From NCBI RefSeq assembly GCF_009914755.1, contig NC_060938.1: 64,000 nucleotides of DNA; one strand, given 5' to 3'. The notes beneath the pieces were generated by a model, which saw nothing but the letters and a program-made list of their open reading frames with translations, had not been told where the DNA came from and searched no databases. The position numbers were made by a program, and so were the translations under genes. The first letter of the stretch is position 1. Each line of letters starts with the position of its first letter. The stretch comes from the human T2T-CHM13v2.0 reference genome, Homo sapiens. Positions 40,791-55,649 of this stretch are shown in pieces.

Positions 40791-41157
40791 TATTTTCTTA
40801 AGTCAATTCAGGCTTCTATAACAAAGTACCATACACTGGGTGGCTTATAAACAACAGAAACTTACTTCTCACAGTTTTGGAGGCTGGAAGTCAAAGATCA
40901 GGGAACCAGCTTGGTTGGGTTCTGTGAGGGCCCTCTTCAGGGTTGTAAACTGTCTTCTCATTGTATTCACATGATAGAAAGAGGGTGAGGAGAGCTCTCT
41001 GGGATCCCTTTTATAAGGGCACCAATCCCATATATGAGGGCTTCCTCACTTATGAACTAATTACCTACCAAAGGCTATACCTCTTAATTCTATCATATTG
41101 GAGGTTAGGGTTTCAACACATGAATTTTGGGGAGACAGAAACATTCAGCCCATAATA
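40791..41157 (-). mobile_element. MaLR LTR (MLT1A/MST-type)
   Basis: 'ctataacaaagtaccatacactgggtggcttataaacaacagaaa...tttcaacacatgaattttggggagaca..cattcag'. Confidence 0.85.
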
Positions 41158-41411
41158 GTCATATGGGTCCACAGAGAGTGTCTGTTACCATAGTGTAGCG
41201 GCCCTATATATGGACAAATGAAGATTACTTGAAGACTTAGTGAATAAAATGAGAGGGAAAGTAGAGGGGTAATTAAGGCAAAAACAGAACGTGGAAATGC
41301 TCACCCAAGAACTGGCTTAAGGTTTCTCTCAATGCCAAAATTAAAGTCTCCTTTCACATGGTTTTCCATGCAATGACTTGTAGGTTACTTCCCGCTCATG
41401 GATTCATTTAC

Positions 41412-41810
41412 TGTGATAATTAGGATAATCATTTATCCAATATCCAATCACTTTCCCTTCCCTAGGAACAGAATATACTTCCCTGACCCACTGACTTTAA
41501 GCTTGGCCATGTGACTTACTTTGGCCAATGGAAGCGAGGAGAAGTTATACATGTATTTGGGTAATTTGGCTTAATTTTTGTACTCCAGGGATATGGCATG
41601 AGAAGAGCATGCCCAGATAGCTGCTGCTGCTTCACCCAGGATTCTAGAAGAAACACAAATGGAGCAGACCAGAACCCCATCCAAAGCCTGAAGCCAAGTT
41701 CAGCCATCCTGAATCCGGAAGCATGACTTCCCAACCAAACCAACCTAGAGCAGCTAAGCCGTAGTCACCTGCAGATCCATGAGCATTTACTGTTTGTGTA
41801 GCCCTAAAAA
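41412..41810 (+). mobile_element. MaLR LTR (MLT1I/J-like)
   Basis: 'ttggccatgtgacttactttggccaatggaa', 'atgcccagatagctgctgc', 'cctgcagatccatgagc'. Confidence 0.65.
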
Positions 41811-41863
41811 GTGGGCACACCAAAACCACTTAGTCATGTTATTTAGCTTAAAATGCACTGGGA

Positions 41864-42226
41864 TGTTATGGTCTGAATGTTTGTGTGCACAAAATCCATA
41901 TGTTGAAATCCCGACCTCTAAGGTAATGATATTAGGAAAGGGTCCTATTGGGAAATGATTAAGTCTTGAGGGCAGGGCCCTCATGCATGCAATTAGTGTC
42001 CTTATAAAACTGGACCAAGGAAGCTCATTCTGTCCTTCTAACGTGTGAGGACATAGCCAGAAAATGCCATCTATAACCCAGGAAACAGCCCCTTACCAGA
42101 CACTAAATCTGCCCACACCTTGATCTTGAATTTCCCAGCCTCCAGAACTTAAGGAATAAATTTCTGTCATTTATAAGCTGCCTAGCTTATGATATTTTGC
42201 TGTAACAACCCAAATGGACTAAGGCA
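41864..42226 (+). mobile_element. MLT1A0-like solo LTR
   Basis: TG...CA ends, 'tgttatggtctgaatgtttgtgt', 'ttcccagcctccagaact', AATAAA. Near-TSD tggga/tgggc. Confidence 0.9.
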
Positions 42227-43111
42227 TGGGCTCACTATATAGCTCTTATGAAATAAAGCATTAAAATACATTGAATTTAAAAATAAATAAAATGAAGACA
42301 TTCAAAATTAATCAAGTCATTTCATTTTCAAATATTTTAGCAGGAGTTTTCCCAAAACAAATGTTCTGAAATAAGGCAAGGTGGTATGAGTAGCAACAGG
42401 ACTGCAATGTACTATTGTTTGGAAATAATTCTCTATTCTATCCATCCATCTACCTGCATTTATTATTTTTCCAGCTTATATAGTCCTCTGGGAACAACGT
42501 GGTGGGTTTTAGGTAATTTGAATAAGAATTTAGAATTAGAAAAAAATTATTTGAAATTTCTGCATTCAAATTATGTGAGAAATCCATCATCATTATTAGG
42601 AAAATATAGATAAGCAAGAAGGAAGAAAACTCCATAAATGTACCACCTACAGATAGTCTTTCTTTATCTTTTCAAAACTTCAGTTATATATGTAATTACA
42701 ATGGACTCAGACTGTGCATACTGCCTGTAAACTGTTTTTATCATTATGTTGTCATCTGTCTGCCTGACAATAATATAGAGCTATATAATTGTTTTTACTG
42801 GCTATATGGTATTTCATAACCTAGCTTTGAATGTTAGGTTGTTTCTAGGTTTATTTGGGGTTCATTTTTCATTATAGATAACACTTAAAGGAACATTATT
42901 ATTTATACATTTATTTCACTTTTTCCAAGTATTTCCATAGAATATATTAAGTGATATTGCTAATGCAAAGGGTATGCACATGTTTGAGACCCTTGTCAAG
43001 GTAAGCCCAGAAAGATGGAATCTGTTTACATCCTCTCTAGCCATGTGATTCTACCACACCTTCCAATCCACACTCAGTTTTGCTTTTTGAAAGATTTCCC
43101 CACCCTCACTG

Positions 43112-43155
43112 TTTTCTTTTCTTTTCTTTCTCTCTCTCTTTCTTTCTTTTCTTTC

Positions 43156-43195
<40 letters not shown>

Positions 43196-43284
43196 TCATT
43201 TCTTTCCCTCCCTCCCTCCCTCTCTCTCTCTTTCTCTCCTTCTCTTTCTTTCTTTCTTTCTTTCTTTTTTTTCTTTCTTTCTTT
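43112..43284. repeat. (TTTC)n/(TC)n/(TCCC)n polypyrimidine tract (expanded Alu tail)
   Basis: Directly visible and abuts a minus-strand Alu. Confidence 0.95.
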
Positions 43285-43581
<297 letters not shown>

Positions 43582-43644
43582 TAGAGCAATCAAAAAATTC
43601 CCTCATTACATTTTTCCTGTGATATACAAAGAAACAAAATATGA

Positions 43645-43983
<339 letters not shown>

Positions 43984-45134
43984 TAAGTAAAAATAACCTT
44001 GACAATAACCGCGACAGCAAAGCAGCCTTTTTTCTTTGAAAAAAAGAATCCTCTTAATTTTGGTCTCAACATTGTTTGAAATAATATCTAATGAAATCAT
44101 AACCCTTTACAATTTCATGATACTAAATAGGACTTATTGAAAATGAGTCATTTTGTACACATTGGGAGTTTTATGGTTAGTTTAATGTCACTGAATTTAA
44201 TTAACTTAAATTGTCACTTGCACATAATTATACTTTGGTAAACCCACTTCAGAGAGCTCTTAGTACTGAACAAAAAATGTACAGCTCCTCTAAGTAACAG
44301 AATCTATTGAACTAATGTATTAGGTGCAGAAACTGAGGCATGAAGCAGGAGATCTTCCGCTGGCAGAAATAAAACATATAATAAAATTATAAAGGTATAG
44401 ATGCTATCATGGAGGAAGAGAAAATTAGTGTGAAGGAATATTTTTATGAGCCAAACTCAGTCTTTTGTGACCATTAATAAATGAGATAACAAACCAGTGC
44501 CAGAATTTTAAATGGGGTTGTTGCTTAGAAGTGACAGCTGGTTTGGGAAACTTACCCCTGTGAATTCTCTAACTTCCAGAAATCACACAAGTACATAAAA
44601 AGGAAATCCTTCTTTACTAAATGGTTTTATTTTAAGAAGGCAAGGTCAGATACAATAGCATTTTGAATATTACAAAATAAGCTATTGTGGTGAAGAACTT
44701 ATGAAAAATCTAACAGTTCTTCAAGAGTAATTCCTATGATGTCTCTTTCTTATCTTAACTGTTCATGTATATTGTGAGGGAAATTAGGAGGTTCTGATTA
44801 CAAAATTAGACTTTAAAAGGCTTCCTTCAAATATATTTTTTGCACAGCTACTTTCTTATTTGTGGTTTCTTTAGATTTACATAAAAATGCATATTTCAAA
44901 GTATTTGACTGGCAAATTGGAAATCACATTTTTCTATACAATATTAAGCTTGGAAACAATATTATTTTAAAATAATTTACTCTTCAAGCAATAGATCCAT
45001 CTTGGTCTTTTTATTTCTCTTTCATGATGTGTATTTTCTGAGACTGCCTTTTTATTCAAATTCAGCTCTACAGATATTTACTGAATAACCAACCAGTTGG
45101 CACAAGACTGTGCCAGAACTCAAAAGACTAGGAG

Positions 45135-45338
45135 AATTGAGACAGAAAGCAGATTAGTAGTTCCAGGGGCTGGGGAGAGGAAGAATAAGGAGTTATTGTT
45201 TAAGGGGTATGGTGTCTTCTTTTTGGATGATCAAAAAGGAACTACATAGCGGTGACAGTTATACTAAATGCTACTCTATTGTACACTTTAAAATAAGTAA
45301 AATGGTAATATTATATATTTTAGCACAACAAAAAAAAT
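45135..45338 (+). mobile_element. L1MB-like 3' end
   Basis: 'agacagaaagcagattagtagttccaggggctgggg...ttgtacactttaaaa'. Confidence 0.8.
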
Positions 45339-46368
45339 AGGCAGAAAAAAGAAAAGGAACTAGTAGTAGGGTCAATGAAAGAGAGGCATAGGTATTCTGC
45401 TTCAGAAGTTCGTTTAAGCAGAAAATACATTTAAATTATCCTTCCAATCTCACTGTTGAGTTTACGCAGCAACTGTGTCAAATCCTATTTAGTAAGTATT
45501 TATTGTTAGGGCAGTCATAGGCAGTTGTATTAAAAATTGCACTTGAATGCTGAAATGAACAATCTATGGCCCTTGCCTTCAAGTAGATTTCAATTCTATA
45601 GCGAATAAAAACAGCTATAAAAATGTATAATACCAGACAGAATATCATAAAGCTGTACTAGAGAGATGAACATAGTACTAAGAGAGTGAAGAGGATAATT
45701 AGATCAATTATTAGACAAAGTATCAGGGATAAGATAGCTTTGTGCTTGATCTTTAAGAATGGCTATGGTTTTGCCAATCTCATAAGATGGCAAAGGTCAG
45801 TCCAGGTGAAAACAGATGAGAAAAGGTGTGGAGCCAAGAAATGAAAGGTAATTACAGAGGACACAAACTATCCATGCTTTGCTGGCAGGCATGGTTTAGT
45901 AGGCCAAACAGTGAAAGTTAAGGTTGAAGAAGTATCAATGAATCATAGCATAGGATTGAAGACATTTAGAGTTTGAATGTGATGAAGTAATTTATTCCAA
46001 CTCTCCACCTGCAAAATCGATCTTCCCTACAAGGTCTGACAAGTGGCCATTCAGCTGCCCTTGGAAATCCTCTAGTGACTCAGAAGTCACTGTCTTCTCA
46101 GGAAGCCTGGACTGCTGTCGGGTGACTGAAATTGTCAGAGTTCTTGTATTGATCAAAAACCTGCCTCCTAAGAACTAGCCATTTATTTTAGTTCTGCTTT
46201 CTGAAACCACACAAAATAAAATGAAATTTTTTTCATATCAGTTCTTCTAGTATTTGAGTCAGGAAATATAGTCTCCTTTCTTTCTTCTCTTTTCGAAATT
46301 AGATATTCCTGAGTCCTTCAATTGTTTCTCCTTTGGCATGCTTTTTAAGACTCCTGCAATTCTAGTGA

Positions 46369-46740
<372 letters not shown>

Positions 46741-47182
46741 TGAATTTATTTTTGTAGATCTATTCTGAGCAACATCACTTCTGCTTCTAATACAACCTAA
46801 GGTTGTAGTCAAATTTCTGGCAGGTACCTCACTGAGTTGACATATATTGAATTTAGAGTCAACTAACACCTGCCTAAAATTGTTTTTTTGTAAGTGCATA
46901 TCAAGTTATTTCTCATCAAGCCAGTACTCAAGTGCTGGATTTCTAAATTTATCATTTAAAATTTCATTGTGTTAGATTTGACCCATAATTATATACTGTG
47001 AGAACTTTTAGGATCTTGTTTCTGTCAGCTGGTATATTAGCTACTCTACTACCTTCTTACCATTTAGTAATTTAGTAAGCATGCCATTGACGTTCATATT
47101 CAAGGCATTAACAAACTGTTTTAGAAATAAATGTAGGTGATAGAATTCTAAACAAACTACTGAATGTTTCCTTCCAGGTGAC

Positions 47183-47438
47183 TTTTTTTTTTTTTAAGAG
47201 ACAGAGTCTTGCTGTGTCACCCAGGCTGGAGTGCCTGGATTATTGCTTACTGTAACCTTGAATTTCTGGGCTCAAGTGTGCCACCATGCCCACCTAAGTT
47301 TTTTTTTTATTTGCTATTTTGTAGAAATAAGGTCTCGCTATGTTGCCTAGGCTGGTCTTGAACTCCTGGTCTCAAAAGAGGGTCCTGACTTGGTTTTCCA
47401 AAGCTTTGGGATTACAGGCCTGAGCCACAGAGCCTGAC
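47183..47438 (-). mobile_element. AluJ (diverged, internal deletion)
   Basis: Reverse Alu 'ggtctcgctatgttgcctaggctgg'. Confidence 0.9.
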
Positions 47439-47589
47439 CCCAGGTCAACTTTGAATTTGTCATTAATTGGTCATCTCTGAAAATGATCATTGAACTAATT
47501 ACGAGCTCACTCAATTATTGTTTTCATTTTCATTGGCCAATATTTTATTATGAAGCATATTTTCAAGTGTATAGCTAAAATTAACATAG

Positions 47590-47815
47590 TGGGTTGGAGC
47601 TTAGGCTTCAGAGTTAAGATTTGGGGACTGGCATTTAGCACAGCCAGCTGCCAGTCATGATCTTGAGCAAATTACTTACCTTCTCTGTGCTTCACTTTCC
47701 TCACCCTTAAAAGGTATGTAAAAATACTACCTACTTTAGAAGGTTGTTTTTGGGGTTAAATAAGCTATTACCTAGCAATAGTAAAAATAAGAAAGCGTTA
47801 ATGATTACTATTATT
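47590..47815 (+). mobile_element. MIR
   Basis: 'tgatcttgagcaaattacttaccttctctgtgcttcactttcctca'. Confidence 0.7.
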
Positions 47816-47822
47816 ATGGTAG

Positions 47823-48017
47823 GTTTTCTTTTCTTTTTTCTTTCTTTTTTTTCTTTTTCTTATTTTTTTTTGAGACAGGGTCTCCGTCTGTCATGCAGGC
47901 TGGAGTGCAGTGGCACAAATTCGGCTCAATGTAGCCTTGACCTTCCAGGATCAAGCTATCCTCCCACCTCACCTTCCCAAAGTACTGTGATTACAGGCAT
48001 GAGCCACTATGCCTGGC
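47823..48017 (-). mobile_element. Monomer-sized AluJ/FRAM-like element
   Basis: Reverse Alu of ~140 nt plus T-rich tail. Confidence 0.85.
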
Positions 48018-48235
48018 TTATGGTAACTTAAAAATTACCATATGTCCATAGGTTATTTGATACTCTTTCTTTTAAGGGATGGTGCCTTATATCTCTCTCA
48101 CTGAGTGTCGGCTGGGCTTAGTGACTTGACGACTTCTAACAAGTAGACTCTGGCATTGTTTTTCTACAAAAAAGCATTGCGGTTACCTCCTTGCTGTCTC
48201 ACTCTGGGGGGAGATAGCTGCCATGTCATGAAGCT

Positions 48236-48864
48236 TGTGTTAGTTTTCTATTTCTGTGTAGCCATTTGCCACACATTTAGCAGCTTAAAACAGCACCCAT
48301 CTGTTAGCCCCCAGTTCTGTGGGTCGGAATTCCAGCACAGCACTGCTAGGTTCTCAGGGTATCACATGGCTGAAACCGCAGTGTCAGGCAGGCTGAGCTC
48401 TCATCTGGAGTCTGGGGGTGGAAATCAGCTTTCATACTCGTTCTTATTGTTGGCGGAATTCATTTCTTTGCAGCTATAAGTCTGAGGTCCCCGTTTCCTT
48501 GCTGGCTGTCAGCTGGGCCACTCTCAGTCCTCAGAGGCAGCCCATATACCTCGCCGTGTGGCCTTCTCCATCTTCAAGTAGTCAGCATCAGCGCATTGAA
48601 TCCTTTTGATGCTTTGAATCTCTGACTTGCCTGTGTACTAGTCACTAGAGGAGACTCTCAGTCTGTAAAGGGCTTGTTTGACTACATGAGGCCCACGTGG
48701 ATGGTCTCCCTATCCTAAGGTAACTGAGTTGGGACCTTAATTGCTTCTATGAAATCCCTTCACAGGCAGTGCCTAGATTATTGTTTGACTGAATAACTGG
48801 AAAAAGGTGTGTGTGCACCAGGAGCCAGGACTCTTAGGGCCATGTTAGAATTCTCTCTGTCGTA
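48236..48864 (-). mobile_element. MaLR LTR (MLT1D/E-like)
   Basis: 'tgtgttagttttctatt...cagttctgtgggtcggaattcc...ggccatgttagaattct'. Confidence 0.8.
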
Positions 48865-51074
48865 GTTACTGATTGGCAGAGCTGGTTTTCAAAGCCAGAT
48901 AGTCAGGCTTCAGAGTCCATGCACTTAACCAGTATGTTAAACTGCCCCATTATATTCATCGGCTGTGGCCATATTGTGGAGAGAATGGCATACCAAAAGT
49001 CATTGAAACTAATTTCTGTATACCTGTATAATAAAAAACACACACATATGTAGATATGTATATACATTTTATGTATATGTATATAATCTTCTGTTAGCTG
49101 TCAAATGTTTTTGAACAAGGACACTATATGTTTAGAAAATGCTTGCGGAAGGTTACTTGAGCAAATGGAATCCACAGAGAAAAGCTGGAAGCAGGGAGTA
49201 TTTGGGTTGCTATTTGACAGCCCAGGGTGGATGTAATTATTGCCTCCAAATTCTTGAGGTGATGGTATGACTGTATAGAGAGACTGAATGGGAAAATCAC
49301 TGATGGAATAGAATCTACTGAATTTAGCAAGTTGATTTGCTGTCAGATGTTGATGGAAAGTAATGAGACTTTAGAGGTCAAGATATATAAATGTGGGGTA
49401 CATAGAGATGTACATCAGGGAGTTATTCAATGGTAGTAATTGCTCAAGTAGTGTGTGGATGACATCCCATGGAAGAGTGTAAGGAAGAAAAATAGAGCTG
49501 AAAGAAGAATGTCAAGGGACACTTAAATTTAGAAGTGTAGTAAATGTAAAGTCACAGAGAGAGACAGAAATGGAGCATTTTACACAGTAGAAGAGTAAGA
49601 AGAGTTAAGTAGAAGAAAAGAGTTTCAAGAAGGAAGGGGGTAAGTCATATCAATTTATGCCCTATCTTAAGGTTACAGAGGGCACGGGTTAAGAAGTTAA
49701 ATTACAATAAATTTTGAAGTATATTGTAAAAAAAATGGAGGTAGGCGGTATATTTCTAAGTTCAGCAATCTGGGAGAGCTGACACAGAAAATAAATCTCT
49801 TAAAGATAAGGAGGATGACCTGGTCTTCAAAAACCATTCCAATTCTAATGTTTTTCCTCTTGTGAATTAGAGACTACTGGGAGATTTCAAAGATGCCTTG
49901 TTAAATATTTCTTTCAATGGAGGTTGCTCATTTAATTCATTGAAAAAATTGTGCTTCATCTTAAGTTTTCCTGAATTTAAAATCCTGGACACATGATTTG
50001 GGCATTGGTTATTCACTGTGATCAAAGCCACCTTGAGGCCGTTCTTCTGGCATTAGAGACATTAGATGACATCCATTCATCACAGACACCCATTGCCCAC
50101 CACTACTACCATCAACCAAACTGCCCTGGACCAACAGAACCGAGGGTCTGGCAACCTTGGGAGAAGGGGCACTATATCATCCAAACGCATTAACCAAGAT
50201 TACAATACACGATGTGCTGGGCACCTAGCAGAACCACACGAATGGGCTTGAATAAGCATGGGCCATGCTCCGGTTGACTTTCTGCATCCCAAGGGTCAGC
50301 CAGTTTTACTAAAGACAATAGTTTGGTTTTTTTTTTTTCCCACAGGTATACACGTATCATTAATCTCCTTTTTTTCCTCTTTTTCTTCTAACTTTTCCTA
50401 ATTATCTCAGGAAAACCAAAGTCTCAACCCCTCTCTGTCTGCTCACTTTCCCATTTTTCCATTTGCTCAAAAGACAGCCTTAATTCTAATAAAAGTAAAA
50501 GAACACTAATTATTCACCTCTATCGAGGAAATTAAATTTATATACTTTGACGTTAAATTAGGCATTGTGAAGAACTAATGCCATTAACTTCTACAGTCCA
50601 TGAAAATTAGAAATTATTCCTTTGAATGCATGCACAAAATTACCCTATGCATTATCATAGTACTTTAAAACATGTTTTTCCTTAAGTAGCAATATTCTGA
50701 TTCTGTGTATGTGTTTAATTACTGACATTGCCGAAGTTTAGTTTTCTACTATTTTTCATTGCTAATGTCTAATATTTCAGATATATTATGAGAAAAATAG
50801 GATTCTGTATAATCCAGAAATTCAGCCACTATCTTTAATCCTGTTGCCAGAATAAAATGCATTCTACATTTCTAACAAGGGATTTCCAAGTTTAGAGTAC
50901 AAACCATTTGAAAGTTGAAGGCTGCGCATATGTAACCAAAGTACAGTTAAATGTCTTTACTATAAATTAAGCAATCTGAATTTTCTGCTGTTATTCTGTT
51001 CAAGTTATTTTGCCATGCAATACCACCACAGTCCCTCTGTTCTGTATTTAGGAAATTGGCCATTAAGCATGGCC

Positions 51075-51300
51075 AAGATCATGCCCTTGGAGCCAGATAA
51101 ACCTGTGTTCCAAACCTGATTCAATCACTTACATGCTCTATGGCTCTGGGGAAATGATTTAACACCTTTTTAACCTTAATCTCCTATTCTGTAAAATAGA
51201 AATAACATGAATGCCTATCTCTTAGAGTTATTGTGAGGATTAAATAAAATCATGTATGATAAGTTCCTGGCACATAGAAGGCATTCAGTGATTACTGTTT
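51075..51300 (+). mobile_element. MIR
   Basis: 'ggagccagataaacctgtgttcc...ctgtaaaatagaaataac...ttgtgaggattaaataa...cctggcacatag'. Confidence 0.75.
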
Positions 51301-52164
51301 CCAGATAGTAGAATGGTGGTCTCTTTTTTTTTCAATCATGCACCCAAATTATTAAAAATATATTTTTATTATATAGCCCTTATTTACTTATTTATAAATT
51401 ATATACATGTTTCTTCTTGACTAATACAACATGAGCATACAACACAAAAGGAAAATCTATAAATAATGTGGCAAAGATAAAACAAGCCCCACTTTAAAAA
51501 ATAAATAAAAATATAAAGTACAAATGGGATATTGTTGCATTTAAAATTTTTCAAACAATTCCAACTCTTCAAACAAATGCATTCAAACAAATGCAACTCT
51601 TTGGATTTTTACAAAGCAAATTATAAACTTCTGTTTTCAAGTTTTTCTGTGTGTAGAAATAAAAATGCTAATGGATGACACATATCATATCACAAAAAAG
51701 TCACACAAGGATAGAAACATTCTTTCTGAACACTCATTTTCAGTATACTGCTTTCATACCACTCAAAAAGAAGCAGTTACTTTCTACTCATTGCTCAAAT
51801 ATCACCCTTACCTTGATAGGACATATTAGTGTGTATAACATGTCTGTAGGAGGCACTTGACTTCACAGAAAATATCAGCCAACTTTCTTTTCTTTTTTTA
51901 ATATCTGCTAGAACATTCAGTATTAACAGCCACTTATCACAGAAAAGATCAGCAAATTTGGATTACATGCCTTTTGGCTTTAGCAACTCTGCTTTTGACA
52001 ACTAGACTCTGATGCCTGGAATTCTACTAATGAAGATTAAAATATAATTCATCTTTAATTTGACAAGAGTTTGAAATATTTTGCCACAAGCTAATCATTG
52101 AATCTCTTTGCAGTGCAAGATATTTTCAGGCATACTCCTCATCTCATGAGCACATATTTATTTA

Positions 52165-52400
52165 AGAGAGATTTATATGGTGCTTACTGTTTGCTACAAG
52201 CTATTGTAAGCACTTTATTACAAATATTAACTAATTTAATTTCATAATGACATTATGAGTTAGGTTTTATTCCTATTTTACAGATGAGGTAGGTAAGGCA
52301 GAGATTAGTTAAATAACAACAAATTTATTCAAAATCATGCAGGATTTGGACCTAGCCATTTTGGCTTTAACAACTCTGCTTTTGACAGCTAGACTCCGGT
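52165..52400 (-). mobile_element. MIR
   Basis: 'gtgcttactgt...taagcactttat...cctattttacagatgagg'. Confidence 0.7.
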
Positions 52401-54944
52401 GCCTGGGATTCTACTAATATAGATGAAAGAATTTTTAAATACACTTAACAAAGTGCATGCAAACAACAATTTATTGCAATATGCTAGAGGCAAAGATTGG
52501 GTGGGGTTGCCAATACCAGTCGCTCAGTGTCATGGAACTCCTCTGCTTCCCTCTGGAGACCTCTTGTGTTGTGCACATGTGTGACCATCTGACATGTGGA
52601 CCACATGAGGGCTGTTGTGTGTAGTCATCTTAATCTATTTCTTATTTTTTTATATACATGCAAGCAAATGTTCCAAATTCTTCTCAGAATTCCGATGAAT
52701 TATCTTGTATCCTGCAGGGGTATGTGCACATTGCTTTGGAGATTAGTGCTGTAGAATATGAATGTATATGGAAGAGGAGCTTAAAAGATTTGCTTGTGTC
52801 TGCTTCCTAAGCTGGAGGTTATAGTATATGAAAATGTATAAGGAGTGGTCTCTCTGGACAGGCAGCTATCCATATTTCTATATTTGGAAATCTGTCATGA
52901 ACGTGTCACAGAAAATCTTCTAAGGATTTTCACAAAGATAATGTGAAACAGCATTAATTTATTGGTTTACTCTTCTCTACCTCCAGGTAGTGGAAGGAGC
53001 TGCTGAGTAAAAATGCCTGCCAGTAGTCCCTACTATTAAATTGATGGAAGGAGGTTAGATTGAGGAGGGCTAAACTTTCATTTATGCTTCACATTGAACA
53101 CGATGTTTTACATGTAGAAATATTAAAACTAGTTTAATGTTCTATTTTTCTAAAGATTATCTTTGTCCCTGGTTGTGAAACTATTCTCAATACATTGGAT
53201 ATTATATTACTCTTCAAAAATAAAGACTCTGATGTTTGATTTCCATCTGACTTCTGAATTTTCTAGATGTTCAGGGGTGACTTTTATATACTGATCTTTC
53301 TCATAGAAATATTACCATTTTATCCAATTGATTATCATAATGCTGTGATTATTGCTATGAATAAGTGATTCCTTAGTTATTTTGTTTCTATTCAGTACTG
53401 TAATAATATAAAAATAGTTAAATGAATTAGAACTTCTGGAACATTTAGATGTGATGTGCCATCCTTTAAAAAAAATGAGTGTCACCTAATGCTAAGATGA
53501 ACTGAATTTTGTCACTTCAGGCTGAGAATGAGCCTGGTAAATTAGTGTCAGTGAGTAGCTTGTAATCCCTGGAAGGTAGGAACAGTGTTTATGTTTCTCT
53601 GTATTTATTTACCTAGGATGAGGCTGTTAAGCAGGGCCCCAATACATATTGTTGAATGAATAAATAAGTAAATGATTTTCTGTCTGGGAGATTTCACTTT
53701 CTTAAAGAATGCCAAGGAACAGAGCTGGACTTAAATATATTTGGGAGAGGTCACATTGCTTTAATGTCTTTGTCCATGCTCTGAATGACACTTTTGCAGA
53801 CCCCTCTGAGTTTTCCAGTTTCCCCTACTTCGTTTCCTCCCTGATTTCATTTGTAGTGATCGAGATGGCTTTCACAATGGAGAAGATTACATCTTAGAAG
53901 ATTAAAAAACTGATCTCAGTGTAGATAAGGATGCATTTTAATGTCCAATCCAGTAAAATATCATGTGTCTGACCCTTGCTTATCTGATCTGCTTGTTTAT
54001 CTATTTATATTCTGGAGACTGTGGCCCAAATGAGGAGAACACAATGGCAGAGTCCAAATTCAATTAAGGTCCTCTCTGGCTCATGGGTTCTTAAGGTGTG
54101 AGAGTCCTTGGTTGGGGCTGTGAATCAATCTAAAGCAAAGCATGTCCTTCCTTCAGGTTTTCCAGGGGAGTGATACGCAACTTATGTGGATGTAAATTTG
54201 CATTCAATTTAACTGCTCTCTCAAATGAGTTATAAAATTTTGTATTTATAAACTAAAATTGAATCTAGGTAATGCTAAGAATTCAGGCTGCAACACATTG
54301 TTTGGCTGGGAAGCAGGTTCCCAAAGAGCATGCATGTGAGTGAGAATTGCTTTCTAGGTGCCTTATCGGTGTGGACTTACTTTGGTGTGGTTTTCATCAC
54401 TACTGTCTTTTTTAAAAAACCTAAATTGTGATTGGTTTAATTTCATCATTATGCATTTATTTTCATTTAAGATCATACAATTAATCCTACAATTGTAGTG
54501 ATGCATATTTGTGTTAATAGCATTGTGGCCATTTTTTCTGTGACTAGACTTTAAAGTGTATGTGTAATTAATATGAATTGTCTAGCTCTCTATTGTTAAA
54601 ATGGATATGTATATAACCTGGTCTAATTTTTTTTGTAAAAACCACTTCACTGTTAATCACTGGATTTTTCTTCTAGTGAGATCGGGATGGATCAAGGAAA
54701 CTTGTGGCCAGTTGTCTAGGTCATCTTGATTTTGTCATTGGATTGTGTCCAGTTCTGACTGATTCCAATAAAGGAGACACTTATGTAACTCTATGCCAGG
54801 GACTTTCAATGAACTTTAAAGAAAGGGAGAATGACCCAATCCCAGATCTTAAAGTTAGTAATATTTTAGTTGAAGAGAGGTAAAGGAAAGAATGCTGGAA
54901 GTTGAAGAGCCTAGGATTATTTTTTGAATATTTAAGCTTTAGAC

Positions 54945-55163
54945 CTACATTGTCTAATTAACTAGCCACCAGCCATATGTGACAATTTATTTCAGTTTAG
55001 ATAAATTACAGTTAAATTAAAATTTTAAATGAAGAATTCAATCTCACCCTGGCAGTAGCCACGTTTCAAGGGCTCCATAGCTTCATGTGGCTAGTGGTTT
55101 CTGATCAGACACCACAGATACACAACATTTCTATTATCACAGACAGTTCTACTGGAGGCACTG
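54945..55163. mobile_element. MER3 (hAT-Charlie MITE)
   Basis: 'tagccaccagccatatgtg...tagccacgtttcaag...catgtggctagtgg...catttctattatcacagacagttctactgga'. Confidence 0.85.
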
Positions 55164-55649
55164 GATTAGACTATGAAATATTTGAGCAAATTTTATTCAA
55201 GAACTAGCAGTGATAGCTGACAGAATAATACACAGCTACTCCCAAACTGTTCAATTTGAAGAAGAAAGAAGAAAATAGACTGTTATTCAATCCAAGATAA
55301 ATAATGGAACCCACTAAATGGAAGAAATTGTCAGCCAACTTTGTACACCTGGAGAAAGAGGATGTGTTTTGAGGAACATAGACCTGTTTATTTAAAACAG
55401 TGTCACACATTAGTTGCAATCAAAACTTGTGACATGCTATCTTTGTTTGCAGGACGGAACAGTCTCACAGTTTTTAAAGGGGTTTTAACTTCTGAAATGT
55501 GTACTTTAAGACAGGGACTATTCCTTTTTAATTTTGGATGGTTTGCTTGGAGCCTTTTCTAAATAGGCATTTAAGTTAATTGTTAGATAAAAATCACAAG
55601 ATGAGTGAAGTTATGCTCATCATCTGCATGACTGCCCATCATGGCTTGA

